A DNA stretch of 63,983 nt, filler included, from Porpidia crustulata (Eukaryota): NCBI GenBank assembly GCA_964255105.1. It is 3 parts of 3 records of this genome, joined end to end, with 100 filler letters (N's around TTAATTAATTAA, not from the genome) between each part and the next. Parts side by side here need not be neighbours in the genome. Positions count along the whole stretch, not along the records: positions 1 to 23,178 come from CAXUWE010000077.1; positions 23,279 to 46,422 come from CAXUWE010000078.1; 1 more part is not named here. One strand, given 5' to 3'. This document shows, piece by piece, positions 10,825-24,551 of this stretch (within the stretch, counting starts at the first letter, position 1; each line of letters opens with the position of its first letter). Both the position numbers and the translations under genes were made by a program. The notes under the pieces are model-generated. The model saw nothing but the letters and a program-made list of their open reading frames with translations. It made no database searches and was not told the DNA's origin.

Positions 10825-12911
10825 TCATGGCCCGAAAGGCTCCCTATCAGGAACTTGCCACTCAAAATCTATAATCTCATGTGTCTGCACCCATCCACCA
10901 TCTTCGTCACGGACAATGATCGGTAGTCTTTCCACAATGAGCTGCCTGCCCTTTATCCATGGAATCACGTAGCGGAAGATGCAGAAATATAGAACCCCTA
11001 AGAACAAACTGCCCAGGCCCACTGTAGGTACAATGTACCACTGAATATTTGTTGACACGTACGAGAATCTTGAATCGCCAGAAGGTGGGAGAAATGCTGC
11101 GATGAGAAGAAACGCGCAAGTAAGACTAATGATTTATTCAGCAATCTGCGCAACATGTTTCGCGAAATCACGACACTTACACATAGATAATTGGAGCAAT
11201 CGGGCCTCCCCAAGGCTTGAACCCAAGTAGGTCCGTCCACTCGTGACGTTTGTGCTGCCTGAGATAGAGTAGCCCAGATGCCACAAAAAAGCCGATGATG
11301 ACGATAGTGATGTACGAGTAGAGCGAGTACAGAATGGTATATGCTACAACTGGCGCTTCCCCGGACGTAGCACCAATCTCAAGCACTGCGAATATCCAAT
11401 GTAGCAGTAACGCTGCTGCTGGACTCTGCTCACGTGGATCTTCCTTAGGCTCAAGTCCATTGCGAGTTCGTAACCATGTCCGAAGTCTGGCGACTGGTGT
11501 AGTTGTGCTCCTGGCAAAGAAGCGTGAGAATGGCAAGACCCCCTCTTTGGCAATCTCCTGCTTTACTGTGGGAAAATGTCAACTTCGGTTTCATGGTACG
11601 ATACCACACAACCCATTTAGTCCTTACCTCGACAAGCTGTGAAGGTCGAGACGATGATATTCCCGAATACCGACACTGCAAGGATTCCTGACATTACGCG
11701 AGTTGCAACCTCGTTTCCGAAAATGTTTTCGAAGAACAGAGTGGCCATATCAATTTGTGAATTCGATTGCTGCTCTTTTGGGACAACAGCCATCTAAAGT
11801 CGTATTAGAAAGTTCCTGACGAAATCTCAACGTACTGGACGCTATACATATGCAATATTTACTAACATATATAGGATAGACATCGAGATCATGGCAATTA
11901 TAGTCGTCCGAGCAAATGTTTTATGAGGGTGACGGACTTCACTGAGCACCTACATCGGTCCAAGTTAGTTCCTTTCCGTCGAGAATAATACTAAATGTAG
12001 AATGCTCACATAGAAAGGTTGCTTAAATCCATTGTAGGCGCCCATAACATAGAGAAAAGAATCCGCATAGGACGCGGGAGCACCCCGGAGATTTGAGAAA
12101 GACGTGTGAACCTCCAGATTAGATGTGCGAACAGGGCCGTGTCCGAAGGACGCACCTCCCAAGGCCGCGAACCCAATGCCAACGATTAATAACAATATTG
12201 CGACCTTGATGATGGCGAGCGCATTGTTCAGGACGATGCCACCTTTTCGCCAAGATGAATGAACCAGACAAGCCACGGTCAAGGCCGCGACAGCCAGGCC
12301 TCGGATTGCCGGAGCATTGTCTGGAACTCCTGCGGCCTGCATAACATAGGTTCCGAAACCGATGGCATTTCCTGATCCATTTCCAAAGATAATGAACAGT
12401 ACTGCAAAGACGCAGGTTGTGAAGAATTGAGGAAAGCTGTAAATATACTCGAGCTGATCGGAGTTAGGGCCAGCCCGAATCTCACAGGGCAATTGTGGAT
12501 GTTTACATAATTCTTTTCTGCCCCATTTCGCGGCACGTTCACTTGTACCGCAACTCCATCTCTCGATGTCGCAAACTTTGGGATGGAAAGGCCGAGCTCA
12601 AGCCATACAAGCAGGCCTGCGATAGTCACGATAGCGCCAAGAGCCCAGAGGATCAGCGAGATCCCAACACTGTTGGTGTTTTCTAAGATTATTGCCGGAG
12701 CAACAAAGATACCCGTTCCTTTGCAGCTATTAGTATCAAGAGCAAGTTTTCTTTTCTGATTCAATCACTCACCAATTGTGCGATTCAGAATGAGGCATAT
12801 CACAGTTGTGGCGCCTACTTTTTGGTGCGCTGACGGAGCTCTGACGACAACCCTGCTAGGGTCATTCTTGGCCTCTTCCAAACGATCCCGATCCTCCTGG
12901 TCAAGGTCCAT
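10825..12911 (-). CDS. High-affinity methionine permease-like amino acid transporter (APC superfamily)
   Basis: Multi-exon. TVICLILNRTI-GTGIFVAPAIIL, WLELGLSIP, VPRNGAEKNY-LEYIY, GNAIGFG, GFKQPFYV, QEIAKEGVLPFSRFFA and ALLLHWIF are MUP1-like motifs. Confidence 0.88.
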
Positions 12912-13407
12912 ACCGTTAATAAAGCAGTGATTTTTACGCTCTTGTCAGATATGATGGATAGTTTGAACATCGTGAACTGTGGGCCCGGAACGATTTATGT
13001 CCTCAGAGCCAAGCCGAAGAGGCTTGAGGCTGGCTTACCCCAAATGGCGAGCAGCCTCGAAGCATGGCAGGCGGAGCTGCTGAGGTATCATAAATGAGGC
13101 TGAGGCTGCTTCTAGATTCCACCTATCTGACTATTTCTGCATTCGTGTTTTTGAAGTCCCGATGAGGTTCGGATAGGAAGGCGCCACTTGTGTGACAGCC
13201 TTGCATCCTGACGAATAATGGGAGGAGAATCATGAAAACGGCAAGAGCCATATCACAGACGAGGCTGTGATTATTGTGTTGGAGACGAGGCTGTGACTGT
13301 TGTGTAACTAGACATGCCAAGGAGGTCTAGATTGATAATAGAGTATTGGTCTTTCACAAGTAGTAATACGTTTCCCCTCAATGTAAGCGAAAGCTGTAGG
13401 CACCGTC

Positions 13408-16164
13408 ATGGTTTCGTTTGGGTTCTCGTTGTCAGATATTTTCACCACAATTGAAAAAGCTAATCAGATATATGAGAAATGTTTCACGAGAGCTTCAGGT
13501 GCAGGTAAGTGCTGCAAGCAGCGCAAACAAAATGTCATGTCAAGCTGACTCTGAGATCGCGACCTGAAATAAGACGTACAGTATCTCGAGTTTGGCAGGC
13601 AGATCAAATCACTCAGCGAGAATCTTACCCAGCTCAAAAATGTCTTCGAGCGCCGAACTCAAGTGCCGCGTTGGCATCGTCCAGACAATGATCGCAACCG
13701 TGACCTTGGATCGACGTTACCACAGCTCACTGGGAACTTTATGCTAACGTTGGACGATTGCGACAAGTTGTTGAAAGAAAATTCGAGGTTCCGGCGTAAC
13801 AGAGCTGGATTCGTAGACAATGTGCACTGGTGGTTGGGAGGAACAGAAGCTAAAGTCAAAACTCTTACAGAGCGAGTTCATTTCCATGCGGTCAAGGTTA
13901 GTTGAAGAAAGTCTGTTTGAACCCCAAGAAACTAATTTAAACAGATATTGTTTATCGCCAAGCCTGTTGAGCTGTGAGAAGGCCTGATTTCTCCTTTATG
14001 ACCGCAGCGCAAGCTCACACTTTCTTGCTCAACAATAGCGAACTTCAGCTCGACAATAACGAGCTTTTACACGAAATCCAAGGAACAGTGGATGGCTTCG
14101 AGGCTCTATTAGCTGCTCAGTATGAGCCGGGCCCAAGACCCTTACCGTACGCCTTACCCCCGGTGCCACCGCACTTGGAGAGCCGCTTCGTAGCTGCACT
14201 TAGTATCAATAAACCTCCCTCATTCCAGAGACTTTCAGATTTCCCGCTGAAAGATGGTTGGGATGCCCTTATCGTCCACTTCTTTGAAGAGGTACAGTCC
14301 CCCCTGACGCCATCAAATAAGGATTATGATGATTGATGAGTTGACTGATCATGTTGCAGAGCACAGTTAATTTCATATCTGGCGAATATGAAAATCAGAA
14401 AATTCCACACGAGACGCAGTACTTGAACCTGGTCAAAAGTAGATGGATTTTGCAGAAGATTAAAGAAAGTTCGCATTTCAAGGAAGCAGGCCGAACTTCG
14501 TTATGGGCACGATGCATTAAGAAATCTGAAATGGTTGATTGTTCTGTGCTCTGTACAATGAAAGAGAATTTAGCTGACTCTAGTCTACACAGTCCATCAC
14601 CAACGAATACAAGCGAATACAACATGGGCGACTCGTCGCACCCGAAGATGACGCAATCTCTCGACTTCCGGAGACCTGTTTTGCCATATGGGCAGTCGAT
14701 CAAGTCCCTGCTCGGCTTCCTGTACTGGCTGATGAAAGACCTTCAGAAGAAAAGGTATTGGAAATGTTAGTTTGTCATCGGCTCCACAGAAGTCCTTGAA
14801 TTGAAACTTCAACAGTGTTTTGCCTAAGCCTTTGGGAACTCGCAAGTTAGCACTGACTGTCTTTCGGAAAGGAGACAATGAATTGCGTATCGTATGTACT
14901 ACAACTGATGAACAGAATGAGGCATTCCGTGAATCTGAAGGTTTTCCATGACTATTCGAGCACATCTTAACATTGTTCTAATTCTTTGACATGAACAGGC
15001 TTCAACATTAACACGCACTTTACCCGATTTATCCCTGTTTATGCAGTTCCGAAGTCGGATAACTCAGTGGTCACCAATAATGTAATCTTCTGCAACAATC
15101 AAGGTAAAGCCGAAATGGAATACTCGCTTGAATGTCTAGATGGTGAGTCAATATGGTTCTAAGTTACCTCGATATCGAGCCTTATAGTTTCCCTTTATAG
15201 ATGTAATACAGCTCCAGCGAGCAATTCTGGGATTCAAAGTCAATTTCGACGAGTTAGGCTTCCAAAATCGACTTTTGACCCTCAGATCTAACCTTTCGGC
15301 AGGATCGAAGCCTACTGGTCTACTTACAGATTTAAGATTGGAGGAGAGAAAGAGGTGGGAAAAGGTAGAGTTCAGATCTGGCAAGCAAAGCCTTTTCCGC
15401 AGATGTCGTCTGCCATAGAGAAACCGACATCTCCAACCTCAAGCACCTATGTACGGAGCCAAACATCAAACGTGGCAAGCACTAAATCGACAATGGTATC
15501 CGGTGGTCATGCGTCTGAAATAAATGGCTCTGGCGTCACAGCATTAGCGTTCTCGGAGCCCGAATTTCCAGTGCTAGTGATATATACATTGTACAAAGAA
15601 AAGTACACTTTCTTGCATCTACGACGTGAGTTTTGAATGTACTAAAATCACCATACAACCTTCTATCCGCTGATTTTTGATATAGTAGACAGAAGTGTCT
15701 TCATCAACAGCAAGGCTTGCGACTGTCGACACCCCAGCAAAGGTTGCCGTAAAGTGGTCATCGAGAGTACAGCCAAGACGATTGACTTCCGAAGACTCTG
15801 TGCGTTGGACGATAGAAATGAAGGGTTGAACACGTGGGATCTTGCCCGTCTTGGGCTGCCACGGCATCCAGACTTTAAGGATTTGGAGCCACTGACCAAG
15901 ACCAAATACATTTGTCTCGAGTTCATGGGAACAGAACGTCAGTCTCGCCCGTTTTCTTCTTCTTCTTCATTCTTGGAAGTCACGCTATGTAGGACGAATT
16001 TGCTGATGGACTAATTAGAGAAAGAAGCTTTTCGAGCGAGATTCGACGAGGTCATGATTTTGAGGGACCTAGATTTCGAGAAGTACTACCAGGCACTGAA
16101 GAGCGTGGAGCGTAGCGTAAATCAACGCGATCGGCGGACGAGCAACGGAAGTTTTTCATTCTGA
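13408..16164 (+). CDS. Multi-exon hypothetical protein with an N-terminal helical (HeLo/SesA-like) domain
   Basis: Starts MVSFGFSLSDIFTTIEKANQIYEKCF. A chain of ORF fragments (13663, 13974, 14351, 15355, 15754) is separated by GT-AG introns and ends in TGA at 16162-16164. Confidence 0.65.
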
Positions 16165-17568
16165 AGGCGCACAAAGTATTGGCGATTCGTTTCAGATCCA
16201 ATGACCCCCGTCAACATCTATATCTACGATACTTCGTGTGTGTACTACGTCGGCAGCAACTGATCCACTTCAGCGCAACACCAACGACTTCTCTATTGAC
16301 ATTCACTTCCCTTTACTGAAGTCAAACGTATCAAGTAGCGGGAAATCCTAAATACATGGATAACACCGCCACCTCCCATGAGTATCTAGACTATCTCGGA
16401 TACCTGCTCCACCGCTATGTTTCCACATCTTTGTCTTCAGTGCATGACGGAGACGATAGGCTCGCTGTACACATCGAATCTCCGTTCGCTTATTGGGCAG
16501 CATAAACCTCGATCTTTGGTTTGAAAGGAATCAGATGAGTCTCCTGGAAGAGTGAGCTGCGCATGCTGTCAGAAGTATTGGCGCCATAAGTTCCGTCGCG
16601 GATGTTCAACGTGGTCAAGCATGCCGTCTTGAGGCTTCTGAGCAGATCGTCGATTTCTGCTTTCGCCTTGAGGGAGATGACGACTCCCATGTTCGTTAGG
16701 AGGTTAGTGGTTGGATTACAACATCTGGACAGGAAGCTCACACACATATTGTAATTCAAAGCGACGAGAAACCGCGATGAGCATGTAGTCTGCGGTTCCT
16801 TTCTATTACTCAACGGAACTGTTCCTTCAATGAAATAAGATCTTTCTGATTCTGTAGTATACAAACATACCATCATATAATCTTGCTGGATCATCTTTTC
16901 TTGATCGACGGGTTTCAACTATTAAATACAGAGCTTGAAAGCTCATAAGTTTTATACATCAAGCAATCTATCAATACTACCTTTTTTATGCCTCGATTTC
17001 CAGTTTCAGAATCACATATTCAGGTTGCAATCAACAATAGCAAGCCATAAATCGTTCAATATCCCACAAGTACCACATTACACCTCTGATAAATCTTGTG
17101 CAAAACATTATCGATAGCGACGGGAGTCGCTAGTGGCGGCTTTTAGATTGAGATAAGTGTAGCCGCTAGCAACATTTATGTTGTGGGGTGCTATTGAAGA
17201 GAAAGTATGGTGGTTTAGATTCTTCAGAGCTATTGCACCACAAAGCTTGCTCACCTCATCAATTCGCTGTTCTCTACTGAGATCTTGGCAAACCATGGGT
17301 GACAGGTTGACTGGGGCTGTGCCTCACGTTAGAGCTTAGCGTAAATGCTGCATGAGACTGAGCTTTCGTTATCCTTCTCCGCGCCGCCGGCATCCTTTCA
17401 TCTGTTCACTTCTCTTCCTTTTCTAACAATCAACGGTGAAATTATAATCTAATCTCATCTCGTCTTACTTTATTGGCGCATCCTTGGAAATTTGTGACCC
17501 AAAGATGATATAGTCATGAAACTTTACCTGCATGCCTTCAAGCGGACCGCCCAATTCTCTCAAACCAA

Positions 17569-19935
17569 ATGGCCGAGCTAGGCGTCATCGCCTCTGTACT
17601 CCAGATCGCAGATATGGGGCTACGTCTCAGTATCAAGCTTTATACCTTTGGGGAGGTCGTCGCTAGCACCGACAAATCTGTTATCTCCATTTCAAAAGAT
17701 GTCTCCCTCACTTCATCTGTACTTAAAGAGCTCGGAGCGATACTGCACAAAGACGGGGATTCCACATTCCTCACCACTACTGCGATCAAGACCACGGACG
17801 ATGTTGTCAAGGAGTGTCTAGAAGTATTCCAGGAGATGGAAAATATAATTGTCAAAAAACTACCAAACCTCCGTGCGCCCGGCCTAGAGAAAGCTTCTAA
17901 AGCTACTATCCTATTGGAGAGACTTAGATGGCCTTATCTGCAGCCAAAGTTACAATTTCTTCAGAGCAATCTGGATAAATTGAAGTCTACAGTTTTGTTG
18001 ATGCTTAATGTCATCACTTATGCACGGCAGGTTTCTATGAAGTCAGTCGTTTCCAGATAGCACGTTTTAGCGAAGAGGATATACTTCTAATATAATACCA
18101 GGACCGAACCGGATTACATTATAGCAGATCAAAGGTCTCTTATCGAAGACCTTGCTCAGTCTAATCAGGACTATATCAAAAGATTCGAAAATCTCAGGTT
18201 AGGTATTAAAGCGCAGTCAATCCAATCAGAGACTAGCGAAAACAACTTGCGTGCCCAATCTACAGCAAACTTCCAGTCGAATGTTCATCTATCCGCACAG
18301 GAAACGAATAATTTGAATGAGCCAGGGGTGTCTGTGAAACCTCAGAACTTATTCGAAGCGTATACTGAGTCTGCAAAAGACCCACGGTTCACCCAGCTCC
18401 AGCACTACCCAAGTATGCTAACGGCTATATCAAAAGAAATTGACCAAGTCAAGTACTGTATCGGGCCTTCTAGCCGATCCAGGGTTAGAGTCGCTGTTCA
18501 CAATACCTTCGACCAAGAAATGCATTTTCTGGCTCACCCTTTCGGAGATGATTGGCTTAAGCTTGTTAGAGACCACTTTGCTCCGCTTGTGGCAGCTTCT
18601 AGAGACAATCTGGATCCGTACACCAGGCCTCAGCAGACAGTCCATTCAAACTTGCCGTTCGAGGCCGTCGGCGAGACCCCACACGTCTCACTATTGGAAC
18701 CAACTTCATTAAATTACAGGCCTTCCTTATCTTTGGAGAAAGAAGCAAATCTCGATAATGCAGTAAATATGAGCTACCAATCGTATTCTGGAGCACCGCT
18801 CAGGCTCAGTCCTTGTATGCCAAGTCTCTCCCGGTCACAGGATACTCATTTCGCTCGGACAAATTATTTCAAACCGCCACGTCCCGCTTCTTACTATGGA
18901 AGTTCCACTACAGTTTCTCCCTATGAGACTTCTGATGCAGCTGGCTATGGTGGAGGCGGCCGATCTTCGCTTTACGCCCCTCCTTCCAAAGAAGCCATTA
19001 GAGTTGTGGAAAGGCCAGACAGGCCTCGTTGTTGGGACCACGGCTGCAACGGTCGTCAATTCAGCACATTCAGCGCCCTACTCAAGCACCAGCGAGAAAA
19101 GTCGCGCCACCTCACATTCAGTCCTCTGTGTGGAGCGAGGTTTACAAGGGAAACAGCTCGCGATGGACATCTGGCGCACAACAAATGCAAGAACAGGCCT
19201 ATGGCAGTCTCTGAAAAAGTCAAGAACCCTCACCATGATGACCTCGAGCAGCCCGCGCAAGCTCAAGTAGCACCGATCCCAGCAATAAAGCAACTCAAAG
19301 TCACTTCAAAGACGGACGAGGAGCAGAAAGAAAGCCCGACAGCAAAGCAGCTGGAGACTTTGCCAAAGAGTACACAGCCACAGGCGCGAGATCCTCAATC
19401 TGATCTTGTAGAATCAACCATATCCGAGAATTTTAGTCGCCAACAATCACACCGCCTCAATGATGTGGCAATAGCTCAGCAGCTACACCGACTACTACAA
19501 CAACAACAACCAAAACAACAACATCATCATCAACAACAACAGATGAGTCGACAGCGAACTCCTCCCGACTCCGATATTTGGAGACCTAGCCATTATTCAA
19601 TCCACCAAGAGCATGCTGTTCGTCAAACCGCGACCAAAGGGACAATTGCACGGCATCAGACCCAACCAAAATTCTCCAGAAGTGATTCTTTCTTGCTACC
19701 CACAGATTTCGAGCCAACGCGAGAGAGAATGGAGCAACCTCCTCTGAAGAGGAAGAAGACTCGTCATGCTGCCGCTGCCAATTTGGGCCCACCACTACAA
19801 CCATACTTCTCGAGGATGGAATCTAGCTTGGCCAAAAGGCCTGGTCCAGAGAAATCGCCGGTAGAGCATGGCAGAGAAGCTAGTGGTAGTATTGTGGACG
19901 ATCTTGTGGCACTATGGACGTTATCGAGCACTTGA
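17569..19935 (+). CDS. HeLo-like (fungal STAND N-terminal) domain protein with a C2H2-type zinc finger and poly-Q
   Basis: Begins MAELGVIASVLQIADMGLRLSIKLYTF...RLRWP, with an intron at about 18041-18101. Later it contains CWDHGCNGRQFSTFSALLKHQREKS...CGARFTRETARDGHLAHNKCK and a CAA-rich tract at about 19490-19542. Confidence 0.75.
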
Positions 19936-21809
19936 GAAGACAATCGCTAACTCACTCCTCAAACTCAATCTACAATGGTCATCGACAGTAAGAATGTTTA
20001 GGTCTTGACTACGATCAATAACTTTACTAAATGGATGGAGAATTGATCCATCCAGCTAGAAAATTTGGTGAGGACCGGAGAGCAAGAAGCAGTAAACGAG
20101 AAGAACGAGGTCCCGAACAACAAATATATTTAAGCCATCATAGAAGTCAAGACTGAGGATGCACTCGCCCCGATATACTATTTGTTTATGAGGCTATACA
20201 TTCGTTTTGTGCGGCCAAGGCTTAGCTATCTGATGTCCAAGGTAGCAAACGGCAGCATCGCCGAGATTACCGATAATCCATTCCGTGGCTGATTCGTATC
20301 TGCTGGTGTCGAAAGAACAGATGAATGGGGTGATCTTGCGTCGTTGAGAGGGTGCGTAGCTAGGTCGGGAATTGGGACTGCCCCCCAGATATCCTGCACG
20401 TCGATTAGGGGGGGGTGGGGTTGGCAGGAGAAAGAGTGTAGAACTGCAGGAATTCACATCGACTTCAAGAGCGTGCGGCGGCGATTGCTGATATTCGATC
20501 TCAAATTTTTCAAATCTATAATATCACAGTAGCAAGCGGTTTCTTGTTTATGAGACCCACTGTCAAAGTCTACTTTTACTATCAAGGTGACACAAGCGGC
20601 GCGTTGAAACGTCACTGTGTAAAAATGCTGCAGTGACTTTTTGACACAACATGGTGCAGCGTTGCTATCATCGACATTACGGAGTCACTCTGCATTTACA
20701 ATTAATGCAGATACCTTGAGGACACGATGTTATAATAATGTAATGCATATAATCTACCTATGATCTACTCGTTCCCACCTCAACGGATCATGGCATATAG
20801 GGTTAGGGTTATATTGACTTGTCTCAGATTGGCGTGGTCCGTTGAGGGGTGGGAACAAGTATGTGATTTTAAAAGATTTCGAAGCCGTTTTTGTTGCAAA
20901 AAGACAATGTTGGCGTTCCAAGGACGGACTTCCAGGTCAATGGACCGCTCAGGAGCTGACTTGTGATTACCTATAAATTGCGTTGACGACATACCTGTAT
21001 AGGCTAAGATGCTTCTAGAATGAACAGTGTTTAGCTGTGCAGGCTGAACCTCTCTGCGTCAAATACTACAAGTCATGACATTCTCATTCTACCATCCCGT
21101 CTTCTCAAAGATCCGTCTCGATACATCTCACTTCACTTAGCTTCAGATGCTCTGGAGATTACTCCATGCAATATAGGGAGCTTTAGGTTCTTTTCGAGAT
21201 CCTCTCATTGAGCTGGCTGGGACAAATTGATTCCGAGCTGCTATCGGCGGCGATACACTCCTTCATGTATTTCTACGACTGATCCTCGTATTGCCATAAT
21301 TCATATCGTTGCCTACGTACATACCCTGCCATGGTGAAAGCAGTCGCTACGTATACTCCAAGGCGACCGAACTTTTCTTCAGTTCTTCAATGCTATTTCG
21401 TACATGTTACCACATGCCAGACTCGATCTGTTCATTTTGTGCAATCTTTTGTTTCATCGAACTTGAGTCCTTTTCTATGTCGCCCAATCAAAAAAATGGG
21501 AAAGGCTGTAATATGCAGGACTGCAGCTATGCTGCATGTCTGCAAAAGTATAAAGCATGTACAGCCTCAATCCGTGTAACCTACTCAAAGAATTCCCTTA
21601 ACAACGCTTTGCCCCTAATATTTTCTCGATACAACTGATTCTGTCCGACTTCTCGCACACCAATTTTAATAGCCATCTATCATGCGTGCTATTTTCACGA
21701 CATCTTTGGCCTTTTGTTTCCTTATCGGATTTCACTCCTCTATACAATCTGGTGCGTCTCGTCTTTGACCCTATATATCTTTTGAAAACGGATTTCTAAC
21801 AGTTTAGAC

Positions 21810-22679
21810 TATATACTTTCCTCCATACCCACTTGCACTGATTGCTACATTGTAGCAGCCTTCACCTACAGTACTCTCCAAAGTAATGCTGGTCAATTCA
21901 CCTTCAGCCCTACGGGTTCCAGCTCTGGAACGACTACATCCGTTCCTACCGAAACCCCATCGCCCGGAACCTATATTGTCTTCTCAGCATATTCCATCAG
22001 TTCCCTCTACTATTCGAATGGCCAATGTATCACAAATTCGGGAAGTTCAATTCATCTGTCTACGCCAGTCTCTCTCACAAAGCCGGCGATTACCGACAGC
22101 ACGTCATTTCAGGCGGCGGCCCTATCACGATTTATAAACTTCTTGGGGGTTTCCTCATGTTCAGGTACAGCAGTTTCTTTACGGCTAACAGGTCTAAGCT
22201 CCGCAACGCCAAACACAGCAAGTCTTCAGGTTTCTGCCATCAGTACTGGGGCCATCTCGAGCACCACCACAAACTCGACCATTCAGCTGCTCCAATAGCC
22301 TACAAATACTATTGCCGCATCGGCCTCTTCGTCGAGCCCTGCATCTTCACCCAACCCCAGGAATAGAACTCTAATAATTGAGGAGGCAGTGCCAATTTGT
22401 GCCAGTGCATTTGTAGTCTTTGCAATTGTTCTATGGCGCACTCGTCAAAAGCGGCGCCGCAAGAATTCAGCTAACCAAGACTCACAAGACGACTCTCCAG
22501 CATTCCTTCAACGGAAAGCCGAACTTGAAGCGGCGGAAAGAGGGAGATACGAGGTGCACGGGGAGGATGTTAGGTATGAATTGGAAACTCAAGAGACAAG
22601 ATCCGAGCTACACGGCGGAGTTAGGCGCCAGGAGTTGAGAGGTGAAGAGCATTCGCTGGAGCTAGAGGCTTACACTTGA
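21810..22679 (+). pseudogene. Ser/Thr-rich single-pass membrane protein (Mid2-like architecture), probably disrupted; 5' end undefined
   Basis: A Ser/Thr-rich frame leads to the TM segment VPICASAFVVFAIVLW, then RRRK and a KAELEA...YELE...ELRG tail. There is an in-frame TAG at about 22296. Confidence 0.45.
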
Positions 22680-22844
22680 CGATGATGGCCGTTGAATACT
22701 GCAAATCCCAACTCACGCACATTGATCTTTGGCCCCTCGGGCCCAACAGAGTTTTCCGTCACCAGGAGCTCTAAGAGATTGAATACTTTTCATACTGGCA
22801 TTACAGTCACAAGGTCTATAACCAGCTATCCATAACTGATGCAT

Positions 22845-23178
22845 CAGATATCCCTTCTCGATTCAAGGATCCCAAATTTCCCCTCCATCAGAACCGTCCA
22901 CAATGTTTACCACCATTCCTCTCGATCCGCCGATTCCAGTCTCGACAAGCCCGACACATCAGAAGAGATCTCGACACCAAGGTTCATATCCTCATTGACC
23001 AACCAACACACTTGGATCTCAAGCAGCATCCGCAACCTTCTGTGCTGAATCTAATCCTCAGCTCTTGACACCAGTATTTTTGGAGATGAGAAAGCTTTGC
23101 TTGGGTAGGTTTTGTGGAGAAAGAGACACGTAGCGCGTTATTTCGACAGCTGTGTCTGGGTGCGGGGAATTTTGAGGG
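22845..23178 (-). repeat. Dispersed repeat of unknown class at the contig end
   Basis: The minus-strand translation (NNALRVSFSTKPTQAKLSHLQ; IQHRRLRMLLEIQVCWLVNEDMNLGVEIS...ADREEWW) resembles, from memory, a multicopy Pezizomycotina sequence often annotated as hypothetical protein. It contains stops and abuts the gap. Confidence 0.45.
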
Positions 23179-23278
23179 NNNNNNNNNNNNNNNNNNNNNN
23201 NNNNNNNNNNNNNNNNNNNNNNTTAATTAATTAANNNNNNNNNNNNNNNNNNNNNNNNNNNNNNNNNNNNNNNNNNNN
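23179..23278. other. Assembly gap with artificial TTAATTAATTAA linker
   Basis: 100-nt block of Ns with a central six-frame stop linker. Confidence 0.97.
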
Positions 23279-23579
23279 GCAGACCGCAGTCTTATAGTGA
23301 AGTCTATTACTCTCTCTGTTTATATCTTGTGTTATTAAAGGGACAACCGTTACAGCTCGTTATGTTCTTGATCTTCGCTATGCTCGCTGATCGAGCAAGG
23401 CGAGCGAAGCGGGCAGGGTGAGCATCCTGAGCTGTACGCTTCTAGCGCGTACCTCCGGGATCGTGGTCAATTGGTCATTGATGACCAATCGGCGCTTGGC
23501 GGTCAATTGGCCCTGACGGTCAATTGACCGCTAACATCTAGTTATCCTCAACCCTACTATCTCCTCCCCACCCGAAGGT

Positions 23580-23828
23580 AAGGGGGGGAAGTGTTACGAC
23601 CAAACCTCCCCTGCCTCCTTATAGGGTTCAGCGCACCAAGGGGTGAAGCTCGGACCATGGCGCTTGGCCGGACCTAATTTCCGACCTTCCTAAATAGACC
23701 ACCCACCGCCCTTTGTTTTCTTTCTTCTTTAGCTTTTAGATCTTTGTTTATTAACCCCTAACTGACCAATCAAATCCACTTGATTAGGTCTACCGTTAGA
23801 AAGGGACCTTCGAAGCACGTTCCTAACA
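23580..23828 (+). mobile_element. Retrotransposon 3' end: polypurine tract plus 237-bp LTR (Gypsy-like)
   Basis: aagggggggaag is immediately followed by TGTTACG (23592) and the segment ends ...CCTAACA (23828), giving TGTTA/TAACA termini. Another probable LTR end (ccgttaca) lies at about 23353. Confidence 0.7.
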
Positions 23829-24176
23829 GGAAGAGCAGTTGTTTGTCAGAATACTCGCCAAATTCCTGAAAAAGGCCATTGCGCACTCCTTCATCCCTTG
23901 GAATTGAACTCAGAACCTCCTGACGCACGCGACTTAGTATGATGCTACGACCACTCCCTAGGACACATGTTTACTGGAGTGAGGAAGCTGGGAGGAAGGC
24001 GAAATACTAAATCGTTAGACCTAGCCAATGTGCTACTAGATATATCGCTGGTTTGGGCCCTAACAAAATGTTGAAGAAGGATCTGATAGGACCATCCACC
24101 GTGCCACCCAAGCATTTAAATCAATGGGTGCCGAGGTCACAATCCGATAGAAAATTCCTGCCGAAGAGTTAAACCA

Positions 24177-24551
24177 TTCACCCCCCATGTAATCGCGATC
24201 GAATTTTCAAGATATATTGAATTTAATTGAAGTCCTGATTCGGGCCTGAATTACAAGCTATTCAGGTAAAAGTTATGACGGTGACACGTCGCGGTTACAT
24301 TAGTTGAATAATTGAAGTTTTTTAATGTTCGGGTGTTTTGGTGAGGAGCGGAAGCTAGTTAATTAAGGTTTCGAACCTTCGGGTCCCTCATTAAAACACT
24401 CGAACATTAAAATGCTTCAATTATTCAACTGCAGTGACCGTAATACGCCACCACCATAATCTTTGGTTAAATACCTCGGTACTTAGGCCTGGATCAGAAC
24501 TGTGTGAGCCGAACATTTTTGAAATCCTATCGCTATTGCATGGGGGGCGAA
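24177..24551. mobile_element. About 375-bp imperfect palindrome (foldback/MITE-like element)
   Basis: The arms pair along their length. ttcaccccccatgtaatcgcgat pairs with atcgctattgcatggggggcgaa, and agttgaataattgaagttttttaatgttcgggtgtttt pairs with aaaacactcgaacattaaaatgcttcaattattcaact. Confidence 0.85.

Noticed and set aside
16490..16918. Protein-like minus-strand ORF
   Set aside because: May be a gene relic, but I could not support a family or a coherent exon structure.
23223..23234. TTAATTAATTAA palindrome inside N runs (also about 46467-46478)
   Set aside because: Artificial six-frame-stop linker, not biological. Adjacency across it is unproven.
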